Source of the DNA: Octopus bimaculoides
Lineage: Eukaryota
NCBI RefSeq assembly: GCF_001194135.2
Contig: NC_068984.1
Coordinates: 88,991,477-89,036,819 of the forward strand
Length of the DNA: 45,343 nucleotides
Direction of reading: 5' to 3'
The notes under the pieces were generated by a model. It saw only the letters and a list, made by a program, of their open reading frames with translations, was not told the origin of the DNA and ran no database searches. Each line of letters starts with the position of its first letter. The first letter of the stretch is position 1. Made by a program: the position numbers and the translations under genes. Positions 1-12,902 of this stretch are shown here, one piece after another.

Positions 1-31
<31 letters not shown>
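1..31. repeat. (AT)n microsatellite
   Basis: Pure TA dinucleotide run at the window start. Confidence 0.95.
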
Positions 32-34
<3 letters not shown>

Positions 35-817
35 GCATACATATATGGTGATTGTTCCATCTTCACAGATGATTACAATCTCTCTCAGCTTTCTCGTTTT
101 CAGCGGCATTTCAGACATTCTGTCTATGACCGCTCAGATGACTATTCAATCCTGCTGAAGATCTGCATAGTTTGAAACAGGTGATAGACGAGAGTTGTAA
201 GTTCCACTAGATATGTGAGATATGCTCCTCGTAAACCGACAGTTTCACTCGGTCTAGGAAGAAAGATGTTGCATGCAGTTGATCTTTCATGGGACTTTAA
301 AGCATTGACAAATCCAGCCTTAGAAATGTGTACACCGCCACACGTTACACACTTTCAACACTATATTTTCGTTGAGATTCTGATGACAGCTTCACTGAAG
401 CCAACGCTTTTAAGCTTTCGCGAGCAAAGCGACCCACTTTTAAAAATTTTACAACTTTCCTTTGTACGCTTTCATCACTTTGCTCTTTCCAAATCCTAGA
501 AAAAAAATTTGAGATTATTCGACTGGGCAGAATTAGTAGAGCACCGGATTAAATGCCTGTGGTGTTCAGTTATATTCTCCTGAATCTAAATTCAACTTTT
601 GTCGTGATGGACTTTCTTTACGGGTTCGTACTGCTTAAAAAAGTTAACTACCTCTTACTCGACGCCAGTTTCTGTACATGCACCTCTCCTTTGCCATATC
701 CCTTTCTCTCTCATGCAAAATTATAATCTCCTTTCATTTTCACCAGCTACGTCCCCTGTTTTTATTTCATATATCTAACCACGCGAAAACACTTCATACA
801 CCACCAAGTTGATAATC

Positions 818-932
<115 letters not shown>

Positions 933-1765
933 CAAACGTGATTGTATTTGCATTTTTAATGAATATTAGGAAATGCGGTCAAAGTCCAATGCTTCAAACT
1001 AGTTTGCTCCGAATAAAATCCCTAAAGCCAAAAATAGCATTCAGTTGATACTTTTTCTTATTTTAGCAAATTATTATTAGTGTGTAAACAAAGAGATCCG
1101 GTACAACATTTAGATTTATCTAATAGCTTTTATCCTAGACTTAGCCAACTCCTTTATCGTTAATGTCAAATCCAATTCACTTGGACGATGAAGAAGGGAA
1201 GTACAAGTTTGCACAAAATGTATAGACTTGTCACACTTTACTATACTTTTGAGTAGATCTCATCTTCAACTTACACGCAAGAAACTCTAACGTAGGCGTT
1301 TATATTACAATAATTTCTCCTTCGTTATCGCTTCTCACAACTGTTCTGTAGGATGTGTATGTGAATGATAGATAAAGAGACACAGAAAGTAAAACTGAAA
1401 GAGAGATGGAACCAGAGATAGACTAAAACAAAGAGAGTTTAATTACAGGTTTATAGCAATCGATACGATAGTTTCAGACTAACAATAGCCACACTTCGGA
1501 TCTACCTCATCGCATTTCGTGTTATATAATTTGGTGACTTCTATCTTAGGCTGCCGTGCGTACTACGAGACTGTTATAAAGATGTTGTTCCAAAGCGGTG
1601 GATCCTGGCAGTTATTTCCTTCTCCTTATTTCATGACCCCTAGAAAGAAGAAAGCCAAATATGACATTTTTTTACTCAGAACGTAAAACTATATAAAAAA
1701 AATATGGTATTTGTCTATCGTTCTGTTGATTCCGACATCAGCTTCTCTAGAACTAGGAATGACTG

Positions 1766-1949
1766 TTTCTAGCATAGGCACAAGGCCTGGAATTTTGAGG
1801 AGAGAAAGTAGTCTATTAAATCGACTCATATACTTAGCTGGTACTTTATTTTATCGACCGCAAAAGATGAAAATTGACCTCTGGAGCGTTTGAGCTCGTT
1901 ATATAGCATTTTTCACCAGCACTCTCACGATTCTGCCAATCAACCGCCC
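1766..1949 (-). mobile_element. tRNA-derived SINE, family A, degenerate
   Basis: Shares GGCACAAGGCC, CTGGTACTT(T)ATTTTATCGACC and ACGATTCTGCCA blocks with the other family A copies. Confidence 0.75.
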
Positions 1950-3149
1950 ATGGAACTAGAGATAATCTAAAATAACTTAATTTCTCTTACTTTTAATTAC
2001 AGACAGTCATTAATAAGGCATACTCTTTTGTTGCTAATCTAATAAAACATGAATGTTTTATTAACATAAATAGAACAAGAACCAGGAAGAACAAATTTCT
2101 GAATATGCTCTACTTTTCACGCTTCTATTGTCAAATAAATTAGGTGAGTTACTTTTGCTCCACCACTGTTTGTACGATGAAGCTGGATTCCCTCTGTATA
2201 TTGATAAATATTGTTGCTTTTTCTGTCACGTATCTCATTCATCAACTAACTATAGTTTGTCTCTTGACGCACTTGGTTAAATAAGATGTCTTGTATCTGT
2301 TTTGCCTGTGAAACTACTACATTAGAACTTCATTAACTGCCAATATTTTTCGCACCATTAATTTTACTATCTCTCAAACTACATTAACAAGGACACAATT
2401 AAACAGAGAAGCAAAAAACAATTAACAGAATTACCGGAGGGGCAGAAGCAAGTGAGATACGAGATAAATAAAATAGAAAGATCAAATGTGTGTGTTTGAC
2501 GCTAAACAGAGATAACCATAACAGCAAAAGGAAGTTGGAACAAATATTTAACATAACTAGCCAAGCCAAACCACTCACAGAAATTAAGCGTACCCTGTTC
2601 CCTCCTTCTGACCTTTGAACTGGTCTTTGCGTTTACTAGGTACAAATGACCTTTTAGTACAACTGGCATTCCAACTTCCCTCTTAGTTACCAGACGAATT
2701 TTCATACATGGTAATTGGTTATTTGTCATCGCTTGCTAGCTTACATTCTCTGGCTTGAATCCAGCTACTAGCAAGCAGTTATGTTTTAACAACAATAATG
2801 TTGATGTTATTAATGTTTTTACTACTTTTAGTATTGTTGTTGTTATTGGTCATTTTTTAAAGACTAGATAATATTCATTATCGATTTCTGTATTTTCTCT
2901 TTCTCCAAGTTTGGGTGTGGGAAGGATGAGAAGGTGTATAATGGTGAAAGACATAGAATCTATAGTTGCATCTGTGAGGAAAGCAATAGTTTTTGGTGAT
3001 ACTATTGAAGAGCATTAAAAAGAGCTAACTTTTGCTGATTCTGTTCTTGTCGTTTATCACACGACGTTCCTGATGGTAGTCTTGGTGCTCTGATGACGAT
3101 GTTACTAGAAATGGTTTGTTATTATGGTTATTGCTCATGACAATGATGT

Positions 3150-4110
3150 TGTTACTAATACAGATTTGATATAGTTAGTAGTACAACACTGGAGTAATAC
3201 TGGTGTAGTTAGTGGTATAGACCTGTGGCAGTTAGGAGTAAAGAATTAGTATAGTTCATGGTATGTTATTAGTACAATCCTGGAGTCATTAGTAGCACAA
3301 GTATTGATATAGTTTGTTGTATGAATTTGGCATTGTTAGTGGTACAGTATTGAAGTAATTGGTAATGCGATATTGTGGTAGTTGGTAGTACAGATGTTCC
3401 GCTGTTAGTAGTATGGTATTGGATAATTATTGATTTCAAATTTTAGCACAAAGTCAACAATTTCGGGTGAGGTGTAGTTCAGTCGATTGCATCGACTCTA
3501 ATACTCAGCTGGCGTTTATTTCATCGATCCCGAAAGAGATGGAAAAAAAAAAAAATCGACCTCGAAGGAATTTGAACTCAGAACGTATAAACGGACGAAA
3601 TGCTACTAAGCATTTTGCCCAGCGCCCTAACAATTCTGCCAGCTCGTCGCGTTAGTATTCGATAATTATTGTGGTATTAAAGAGTTAGTTAAGTACAGGT
3701 GCTGAGGTAGTTTTAGAAGGATGGTGTTTGGTGTTAGTGGTACAGTATTAGTGTAGCTAGTGGCATAGTGTGGAACAATTTAACAGTATGATATTTGGGT
3801 AGTTAGTAATATGGTGTCGCAATAGTTTTGTATTGGGGTAGTTAGTAGTACTGGTATATTTAGTATGCGTTCGGATACTTAGTTATATGGTGTTCAGGTG
3901 GTTAGTAGTATGATATTGGTGTAGTTAGTAGTAAAGGAAATGGAGTTTTGTGTTTGTGCAGATAACAGTATGGCACTGGGTTAGTTTGTAGTATGATGCT
4001 AGAATATGTAGTAATACAACTTGTGGGGAGGGGGTAATTAGCAGTACAATATAGGATAATTTGCATGTTGTTAGCAAAATACTGCATTGAAATAGTTAAT
4101 GATATACAGG
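3150..4110. repeat. Ancient degenerate ~23-bp minisatellite, interrupted by a SINE
   Basis: Consecutive 23-nt units such as GTACAGTATTAGTGTAGCTAGTG / GCATAGTGTGGAACAATTTAACA / GTATGATATTTGGGTAGTTAGTA; approximate consensus GTAYAG TATTG GTGTAG TTAGTA; boundaries approximate. Confidence 0.65.
3434..3653 (-). mobile_element. tRNA-derived SINE, family A, full length
   Basis: Minus strand reads GCGACGAGCTGGCAGAATTGTTAG (A box) ... GAGTTCAAATTCC (B box) ... GTGCTAAAATTTGAAA. Confidence 0.9.
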
Positions 4111-4115
4111 TAGTT

Positions 4116-4681
4116 CGGGGTATGACAATGTGGCGGGATTCTGGTTAAAACACCCCATATAACGTGTCATAACTTCTTTATTTTTTGGAATTTTCAGAAA
4201 ATTTTAATGTGAATTTGTGTTCTACACACGGGAATTCATACGATTATGCAAAAATAAAAGAATGAAAAAATTTGTGTGGTGATTTAAGGGTGATCTAGCT
4301 ATTATTTTTAGCACACCTTATGACCACCTATCTTCCTCGTTTCTTTGTCACTCTGACATGTATTGGTGTTTTACAATATTTTTCTTCCTGTAAACACATT
4401 TAATGGCATGATGATGCACCCATGGATGGTCCATTGCTGGAATTTAAACAAAAACTTCAGACTGTCTGTATTTTAAACACTAATTTTTTTAAAAAAATAG
4501 GATTTATGGGTAAGAAGTAAGAGTCAAAAAAAAATTTTTTTTTTTTTTTTTCATAATCGTATGAATTCTCGTGTGTAGAACACAAATTTGCAAAACTTTT
4601 CCGAAAATTCCCCAAAATAAAAAAGTTATGAGGGTTTATATGGAATACTTGAACCAGGATTCCGCCGACATTGTTACTCTG
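4116..4681. mobile_element. MITE / non-autonomous DNA transposon with ~140-bp TIRs
   Basis: The left arm matches the reverse complement of the right arm; core AATTTGTGTTCTACACACGGGAATTCATACGATTATG matches 36/37. Possible degenerate 8-bp TSD AGGTAGTT/ATGTAGTA (6/8). Confidence 0.85.
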
Positions 4682-4751
4682 ATGTAGTAAGGTGGTGATG
4701 GTGTACACCCGATTTCATTCCTTTGGTCCATCACGTTCTCTTTTGTTACAG

Positions 4752-4790
4752 ATAATCCTGCAAACCGTCAGAAATCACCACCACACAAAG
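4752..4790 (+). CDS. Candidate 39-nt symmetric micro-exon of an unidentified gene
   Basis: Acceptor TCACGTTCTCTTTTGTTACAG| and donor AAG|GTGCGT; length divisible by 3; open in phase 1 (DNPANRQKSPPHK) and phase 0. No homology recognised. Confidence 0.3.
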
Positions 4791-5292
4791 GTGCGTCAGT
4801 GGTAACAAATAGAGTGGCATCCTAACAAATATACCTCCAGCTGGGTAGTCAACCCACAAGCAATAGCAATCAAATCTTTTTTAGAATCATAGCTTTCATT
4901 TTTTTTTTTATGAACACATTGCATAATATAGTATCAGGCACTGTCAGGATAAAAGAGGGAATAGTCAAAACTGGTATACATCTGACTGCCGGTTTGCTCT
5001 ATCATAGATGACCTAGAGTTAGCAAGAACGATCGCGACGATGACATTTAATATTTGAAAATATATCAGTTTAAAGTCATCTGAAGTCAATGAAAAGCTCC
5101 TTTAGTTGTGTGACTCCCATTGAGACTGATACTACAAGTGGAGTAAGAAGGATTTTGTAAGAAGTAAGAACAGACTACTGCACCAATAACAATGGAAGAG
5201 ACGGCTAGTGAGCAGCTGCCAACTGGTGCCGATACAAGTTGAATAAATTGGGAATGCTTTAATCAACCGAGAATTGGAAATGACTGATCTAA

Positions 5293-5585
5293 AAACTGGC
5301 ACTTCGTCGGTTGCGACGACAAATGTTCCAGTCGATCCGATCAACGGAACAGCCTGAAATTAACGCTCACCCATAACGTAATTCTCAGTGAGATCCATCG
5401 TGACACAGAATGGGACGAGGCTGGCCCTTTAAAATACAGGCACTACATGTTTTTACCAGCTGAATGGACTGGAAAAATGCGAAATAAAGAGTCTTGCTCA
5501 AGGATACAATGTGCCGCTAGGAATCAAACGCACGACTTTACGATCGGGAATCGAATACCCTAACCATTAAGCCACGTGCCTTCAC
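5293..5585 (-). mobile_element. tRNA-derived SINE, family B
   Basis: Minus strand GTGAAGGCACGTGGCTTAATGGTTAGG (A box), GTTTGATTCC (B box), then TGTATCCTTGAGCAAGACTCTTT, resembling the conserved central domains of metazoan SINE superfamilies. Confidence 0.8.
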
Positions 5586-6254
5586 TGATCTAAAGTGACA
5601 CTGAATAAATGGTGATACAGCTCTTCCAATGGTTCCTAAAGGAATGCCTCCACAAGCATTAAAATCATGCAGTTCTGCTAACTTTGCAGGGTATAATGAA
5701 GATGTAAGGATAAGTATTTGACTTTAGCTAAACAATTTAGCTGATTGTAAAGTGGATTTAAGATCTTTTAGAGTCGACTTTGTCTCTCAGACTCAAGATC
5801 ATGAAATTAGTACCATTTAAAAATGCCTGTTTATTCAATCATCTACAGTCCTTCTTTACAAACTGATTGCGCTTTCTTAATATAAGAAATCGATATGCAT
5901 TATAACAACTGAGAGAGCGGACGCCGGGAGTGAGATGAGGCATAACATTTCTCAGAGCATCCAGTCTTTCACTATATACTCATTCACTTGCACCTGCAAA
6001 TTCCTTGAAAAAGATATGAATATCACTTCTTTTACATTTCCCTCTTCTACAAATCTGTGAATTCAAGCTTAAATACGAAATCAGTATTGAGAGATACTGT
6101 GTTGTTGCTGATAATTAGCCCCAGGTCAGTCGTTGTCCATTAAACTTATGATAAAGACATTTAAGACATAAACAACCTACCTTTTTGTATATACAAACAA
6201 CTGCTGTTGTAACTACACCAATATTTGTATTATTACCCCCCCCCCCCCAACAAA

Positions 6255-6463
6255 AGTGACAAGCTAGCAGAATCATTACCGCACCGGACAAAATGTTTAA
6301 CAGCATTTGTTCCGGCTTTTTATGTTCTGAGTTCAAATTTCCTCTGAGGTGAACTTTGCCTTTCATCCCCTCGGGATCAATAAAATAAGTACCAGTTGAG
6401 CACTGGGATCCATGTAATCGACTTCTCCCCTCAAAATTACTGGCCTTGCGCCAAAATTAGAAT
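6255..6463 (+). mobile_element. tRNA-derived SINE, family A
   Basis: AAGCTAGCAGAATCATTA ... GAGTTCAAATTTCC ... AAATAAGTACCAGTTGAGCACTGGG ... GGCCTTGCGCCAAAATT. Confidence 0.85.
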
Positions 6464-6854
6464 GAAAATAAAAATCATTATTATTACTCATCCCAACACT
6501 TTTGTTATCCATTGAAGGAATTAGCCGATACTTTTTGCAGATCGAGCAACAGAATAGAGTCTAGTAAGACACAACGATAAACAGCAGCAAAATCAAGTCT
6601 GGGGAGATTAGAACTAATATGTAGAGGGCCAAAACTAAATACTACTGGATATTTAGTCTCGACCTCTGCATTTTCTCCAACTCTACTGCACTAAGTTACT
6701 CATTTCATATATATAATGAAAAATTTACATTTCTAGGCGAGGACAGATATGATATTGTGTTGAAGCCTACTCTACAAATGAGTGGATATAAGTGAAAGAG
6801 ACCAAAACATAAAATTTTGGTATCAAATTTTGCTAACTTTATGAACAACGGAAG

Positions 6855-7075
6855 AAGGCTCTTCGCGATCGTTCAGTCTTCTAAAGACGTCAGGCAAATT
6901 ACCTGCAACTATCACACTATCGACATTAGAAAAAGAGGGGGACTTTGAATAATATGATTCTAGACATTCTGTTTGAATAAAGAAAAGTGGGTATGATCAC
7001 AGCGAGATCTTTTTGTTCGTAGGTCTGCTGGATCAAGGCTGACGAATAACAACCTGGTAACTTTAAACCGCAACC
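6855..7075 (+). mobile_element. Degenerate interspersed repeat (family D, probably a SINE); partial relatives near 19290-19420, 27185-27225 and 32110-32250
   Basis: Shared short blocks (AGGTCTGCT versus AGCAGACCT; GGCTG(C/T)TATTTCTAGCA at 27199 and 32223). Family grouping is partly from recall. Confidence 0.35.
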
Positions 7076-8799
7076 ATAGCAAAGATCCACGGCAAATATG
7101 TGGCGTTCACGACTGCTATGCTGGTCTCAACCAGTTTGATCCCTCTTATACCTGGATTTATAGGGGCCTATTTACCACTCGATCACGTACCTCCATCTCG
7201 TATGCTTTTTTTTTTTTCAAGTAGGGATGACTGGAATTATCCAGCTATTACGACGGCAGCAACAAATTCAGCCATAACAATGCTTGCATTGAAGCAATGT
7301 CATTTCTTCTATTTGACACGCAAATTCAAACAAATACACCGATTGACAAGGACTGCATATTTCAAAAGCTAGAAAAATGTACATGCTCATATACACATAG
7401 TTTTGAATCATCCAACGACAAACATAGGTTTACGCATGCTTACTCATACAAGTAAATTCACCCGTACACATACGCAGTCAGAAATGTCGAGAAACACACA
7501 CATACATGGTTATTTCATTAAGTCCACTACTTATGAGCATATACATTCAAACTAATACATGCACAGAAACCTTTCTCACAGTTTCATTTGTATTCTCATA
7601 CAGCGTACTTACATATATACAGGCACAAGCATTAAAAAAAAGCTCCCTCAAGCTAAAGAGCATACATTCTCTCATTTACCCATCCACATAGTAACCACAA
7701 CTAAACATACCTCTTATCTACAAACACTCATCCAGCAAACAGGGAGAAAATAAACAGCACACTCACAGACACACATTTTCTGTTACATCTCTCTCCCCTC
7801 TCACAAAGACCACAACATTCCAGCAGTGGTGCTAACTGTTATTACCTACCCACACGCAAGCGACGACCTCACCGAAGGAAAATGGTGGATAGAAAGGAAT
7901 ACGCAATAGAATGAAAGACATTTCGATTCATCTTCGTTAGATTTGACAATTGACCTTTTCTCAATGAAATACTTGCTGTTAAGGTCAAGGTCAGTTATTT
8001 GAAGAATGCTTTAATATCGGTATTTTTTTTTCACTAGACTGTTCATTATGCATCAATGTCTGGCCATTATAATCATATCGTTGCTTGTTCGTCTTGCTGC
8101 TGCCGTTTTTTTTTTCTATTTCTTTCTTTAATACCTGAATGAGAAATATCCTGTAATTGAGTCTTTCCGAATTCCAGTCACCTTTCGTATTATATTGGTG
8201 TTGAATAGCAGCAATACCAAGCATACTGCTTGCATTTATTTCGCAAAGACTTTCAACGTCCACCACTACACCATGTGTTGGTATTTGCGTGTGTGCAGCT
8301 GTAAGCATGCATGTCAGGCATCTCGTCTCTATACGGTACGCTGAGATTGTTAGTCGAGTTAGCACAATTTCTAATGACAAATTTGAAGTCCAAATTCCCA
8401 CCTGAGCCTTTTTTTTAAATAGATCGAATTTATATATTTATCTCTTACGCACAAAACTAATTTTGCAAGTAGAAATTAATAAATCTAATCGATCCAAAAT
8501 TATCACTTATAATATCTTTATAAATCAGGGAAGATGCACAGACATTATTTGAACATAGGAATGCAAAGCACCTAACTAGGTATCTCCCTGTTGTTCTACA
8601 GTTTATATCAGTCCATTCACCCCAGAGATGAATGAAATAATTATACATTGTAAACAATAATAGATACGTTCAGTTGTGAGTGTGTGTGTAGGGGAGTAGG
8701 GCTCACTCATTAGATGAGTATTTAGTTGTTGGTGAGGCTGATGTGTCTGGTCCTTCGCAGTTTTGCTTCTGTACTTTCGAATTCGTTGCTGCAACTGTT

Positions 8800-10720
8800 G
8801 TTGTGACCATTCATTAATTCCACTATCACAGTTGCCACGTCCTGCAAAGACTGAATTGTAGCTTAGTTACTACGTCGTACCTCTTTCACTTGGACTCTTT
8901 GAATGATTTTCGTTCCTTCGTATTTTAGAGCACGCATTTTAGCTCTGTCATAGGGGCTTGTGCTTTTCGTTGAAGAAATGGTCGGAGTGGATCAGTCGCG
9001 CCGAAAGCAGGTTGGTCACAATGCTTTTGTACCCCACTAAACACCTAGATCTCCTTCTAAATTAGTTTTCTTTTTTTCGTTAGTTGACTCCATTCTAATC
9101 GTTATTTTCATGGCAAATCATTTGTTGCTGACGACTACCCTTACATTCTTGAGCTTTGCGCATCGGGAAAGATGCATTCAGTTTTTAGGAACTAGATCCC
9201 TACAAATGAAGGTCGACCATACAGATCACAGATTTGTCGTCTTTATATCCGATGATTCTAAATTCTAGACAACCTACGTTATTCTTATACATTGGCCTAC
9301 AGAATACTCTAGATACTATCTGGAGGATCCGATGCTGTATGTTCATGTCCACATTAGCACATTCGAAAAATCCAGTTGGTACCTGTCAGACAAGTGGAAA
9401 TATCTGTGAATGTTTTAAAGGCTTTTACACCTCTTTTCTTATCAGTTAACCCTAAATATTCAGATGGTGCATCCAAGACGCCCTTGCAATCTCCCATTAA
9501 CACTAAAAGGTGGGACGTTCACAAGAAAGAATCTAGACACCTAAAGAAATCTGGTTGTCCCACTCTTGTCGGGTATAGACAGCTACTAATCTGAAGGAGT
9601 AACTTAACTGCTGGTCACCTTCAGTACCACCGACTTACCTTCTGGGTTCACGAGAGTTACAAACTTTTCCGAAACAACACAGCGATTCCACCCTATTCCC
9701 AAGTCGGTATTAGTTTAATTGGAGATGCGTACAACTCGCACCTGTCGAATATGGATGCGAAGGCATGCACCTTGGAAATCATAGTCTTGCCAAAGGTCAC
9801 CATATTTATATCTGGTCAGGTGGTCTTGCTTTCAAGTTGACCCCAGACCAGATGCGTTCAGGCTACCTATGCTAAGTAAGGCCAGTTTGAGTCAAAGATT
9901 AATCACTTGCTCCTTTGAAAGGTCAGACGACCCGTTTTTCCGGTTAGTTGTAGGTATTTCCGTTACTAAATTTGTGTAAATCATTTTGTTTATGATCCCT
10001 CGCAAATCCTCCATTCCATTGGGATATTTTGTTTTAGTTTGTTGCTTCATTTTTAGATTTTAAGATTTGCTTGTGTATGAAAGTACGTTATTTGTTAGTG
10101 TGATGAAGTTATTGTGTTCAATGCTTGTATGCTGGTGTCTGTCATTCATTATTTTTTGTTGATTGTATCTATGATTGTGTAGTGGATGATTTATTTTTCC
10201 TTAGTTCGTGTTGAAGATGGTGTTCGAATCGTTTGTGCAGATGAGCGTTTTGAATGTTGAGGTATTCTGTTACTGTTATCGTCGCTGTTGTCAGTGATGT
10301 GGCAGTCTTTAAGAGCGGTACTCTGTTGCTGCTTCCACTGTTGATGTCATTGTTGTAGAAGCTTCCATTATTTCAGCTGCTGTTGCTGATGTTGCACGCT
10401 AATTAGGGTGTTATTTTGACGTTGTAATTATTGCTATTTTTGGCGTTGTTGATGCTGGGGTGTTGGCAGTGTTCTTTCAGTTATCCCTGTCTCTTGTTGT
10501 TAGGGCAGACGGCCTTAAGATGACCAGTGTTGTCACAATTATGGCATCTAGATTCTACAGCCGTCTACAACGTGCAATTTTCCTCCTGAGTCCTCTATTA
10601 GCTTGAGAATCCTCTCCAGTGTCTCAGGTTTCAGCTGCATCAGAATCTCCAACTCCAATCCAACTCAATTTTCCTTTTTGAATCCTTTTAATTGTAGTAG
10701 CGTGCTAGGAATCTCCAGCA
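8800..10720 (-). mobile_element. Decayed Tx1/L1-like LINE: ORF1 zinc knuckle plus ORF2 apurinic endonuclease region
   Basis: Minus-strand translation with frameshifts gives CHNCDNTGHLKAVC (CX2CX4HX4C, 10505-10546), then APE motifs IGSLNASGLGS (~9838-9870), GGIAVLFRKSL (~9660-9692), FRLVAVY, LVLMGD, KLNASF and RAKMRALKYEG (~8915-8946). Confidence 0.8.
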
Positions 10721-10726
10721 CAACAC

Positions 10727-10852
10727 ATCAGCAGCAGCAGCAGCAGCAGCATCATCATCATCATCATCATCATCATTATTATTATTATTATTATTATTGT
10801 TGTTGTTGTTGTTGTTGTTGTTGCTGTTGTTGTTGTTGTTGTTGTTGTTGTT
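10727..10852. repeat. Compound trinucleotide microsatellite (CAG)n(CAT)n(TAT)n(TGT)n
   Basis: Read directly; explains the spurious ORF 10603..10893. Confidence 0.95.
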
Positions 10853-11557
10853 ATTTATCTTTAATCTGCATGTTTGTTACAGTCACTTGCTGAGACACAC
10901 CCAGCGTCCTGGGGCGGGTGAAGGATAAAAGATGTTACAGTATAACTGAAAGTTAGGGAGGAGAAGTAGCGAAATATCTTCATGTAATACACAGACATTT
11001 AAATGGATATGGTTTTTCTAACGATGTGTGGGCAGTACCTGTCAGTACAATCTTTTGGATTTCTCTGAGACATGGTTCTCCTGGGATTTTATCTAGATGT
11101 TTCTGAAATCCCTTTTTTATCATACCTAGGGCACCTACAATAACAAGAACAGTTCTTACTTAAAGATCCCACATCTTTTGTATTTCAATTTCCAGGTCCT
11201 TATATTTACTTAGCTTATCAAATTCCTTTACAGATATACTTTTGTCAGTGGGAACACTTACGTCTATTAGTCTACAAGTATTTTCTTCCCTGTCTTTAAT
11301 AATTATGTCTGGTCGAGTGACCTGGGTCGCTCTGTCAGTGTTGACTGGAAAATCTCAATGGACAGTGACATTTTTACCTTCAACGATTGGCTCAAGATGA
11401 TGTTCATACCAGTAAGCAGGAGTGGTGATTTTGAAGTGTTTGGCTATTTTCCATTGTGAATATTGTCCTACCCTATCGTGGCGATTTTTATATTCGTTTG
11501 GCGTCAGCACAGGACATCCCGAGATGTGATGATCTATTGTTTCGTCAAATGTGTCGC

Positions 11558-11560
<3 letters not shown>
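10853..11560 (-). mobile_element. 5'-truncated R4/Dong-like non-LTR retrotransposon: CCHC remnant, restriction-like endonuclease and 3' UTR
   Basis: Minus frame: CDTFDETIDHHISGCPVL..RHDRVG..WYEH..RPDIII..LIDVSVP..KLSKYKDLEIEIQKMW..VIVGALG..IQKIVLTGTAH, with two in-frame stops; ends in an (AAC)n/(AAT)n tail. Confidence 0.9.
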
Positions 11561-11611
<51 letters not shown>

Positions 11612-11618
11612 GTTATTA
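11559..11618. repeat. (ATT)n microsatellite
   Basis: Read directly; abuts the 5' truncation point of the R4/Dong-like element. Confidence 0.95.
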
Positions 11619-12649
11619 TTGGAGTAAAATGTCGAGATGAAATGTAAAAAGAAGAAACAGTGAATAAGATATACAGAATATTTAATATAGTGTTTTCTCT
11701 AAAATACATACTGCCAAAAGAACAGATTTAGCATTTTGGAAATAAATTATAAAATGACTGTAGAGGGATTATTGATTATGCGTACCAATGAAAGAAAAGC
11801 ATTGACAAAAAGACATCAAAGAACGACAGTAGTACTAATATAGTTAAGTGCAGCCGCAGTAACTTGATAAGACTTCCAAACATTTTACTGGAGAAGCTGA
11901 CATCACCATGATAATAACATCCCCTTCCCCTTCCAGAGTAAGTTATCTACACATTACGTATAACAAACATTTTAAACAGGGAATTTTTAACTGGAGAGAA
12001 CCTTGTATACAAACGTATTATAGCAGCTGAATAACTGTGACCAAGTGATGCATTACAATTAACAACGACTGTCAAAATAACACAACTACATCTACATATG
12101 CTCTATGAATACTTGCAAACTAGTATCTTGATAATAAGATCTTGAAACTTGATCACTACATCACTCAATTTATTTGTTATACACTTGTGCCTGTCATTAC
12201 GGCATATGTGAAGTTACTTAAATGTGATGTTATCACTATCTTAAGAACTCTTAAAAAGCTGATTAACATCCGACTGACCTTGTTGTTTCGAATCGAGTTC
12301 AGTTAAGATATCGACAATGTCATCAACAAAAAGAAAACAAAAATGATTTCTAACTTTAACACAATGTTACAAATGTTATGAAAGGTTACAATCGATTTAA
12401 ACAACATGAGTACTTCTGTTTTTAATGATAATTAGAAAAAAAAAAAAGACACTGCCTGTGATACTTTCAGGGCCTCTTAGACTGCTACAGGGAAGTTACA
12501 CTTATACAGCAGACCCGTCCCAAATCCTTGCAACAGAAAGAACTTCACTAAAGTTACCCAAAAGATAGACGGTTGTGGTATTAAACCAGGTGATGCATTA
12601 AGTTTACTATTCAAAGAACAAGAACTTTCCTCCAACGGACTTTCGCACT

Positions 12650-12709
12650 CGCACATATATATATGTGTGTGCATATATGTGTGTATGAGTGTGTGGAGTG
12701 TGTGTGTGT

Positions 12710-12750
<41 letters not shown>

Positions 12751-12902
12751 CGCGCGCATGCGTGTGTGTGTTTGTTCACCCACAGCTCGACAATGGATGT
12801 TTGTTTACATACCTCGTAATTTAGTGGTCCGGTAAAAAGAGATCGATAGAATAAGTACCAGGCTTTAAAAAAAAAGTATTGAATTGATTTGATCGACTAA
12901 AT
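12650..12902 (+). mobile_element. SINE family C, 3' half with (GT)n, truncated
   Basis: (GT)n followed by GAGATCGATAGAATAAGTACCAGGCTT, as in the full copy at 20071. Confidence 0.8.

Noticed and set aside
122-189. Third hammerhead-like string CTGCTGAA GATCT GCAT AGTTT GAAAC AGGTG with a flanking 10-bp inverted repeat
   Set aside because: Stem II has mismatches, there is no valid NUH triplet, and stem I is not adjacent to the core. At best a dead relic, so it is not called.
959-975. 17-nt identity (ATGAATATTAGGAAATG) with the hAT fragment near 36044
   Set aside because: No flanking similarity or hAT-like translation; an AT-rich chance match is likely.
3150-4110. Regularly spaced repeats as a CRISPR-like array
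   Set aside because: Units are contiguous and degenerate with no unique spacers, the context is eukaryotic and no cas genes are present.
7991-8401. 136-aa minus-strand ORF and an overlapping Cys-containing alternative frame
   Set aside because: Non-ATG start, partly A-run derived, no recognisable family, and the alternative frame stops early.
12481-12589. Open segment ending GCGIKPGD, reminiscent of PDZ/SH3 strands and possibly spliceable to GDILSVV at 19783
   Set aside because: The motif is too short, the acceptor is weak and the downstream segment stops after 32 codons.
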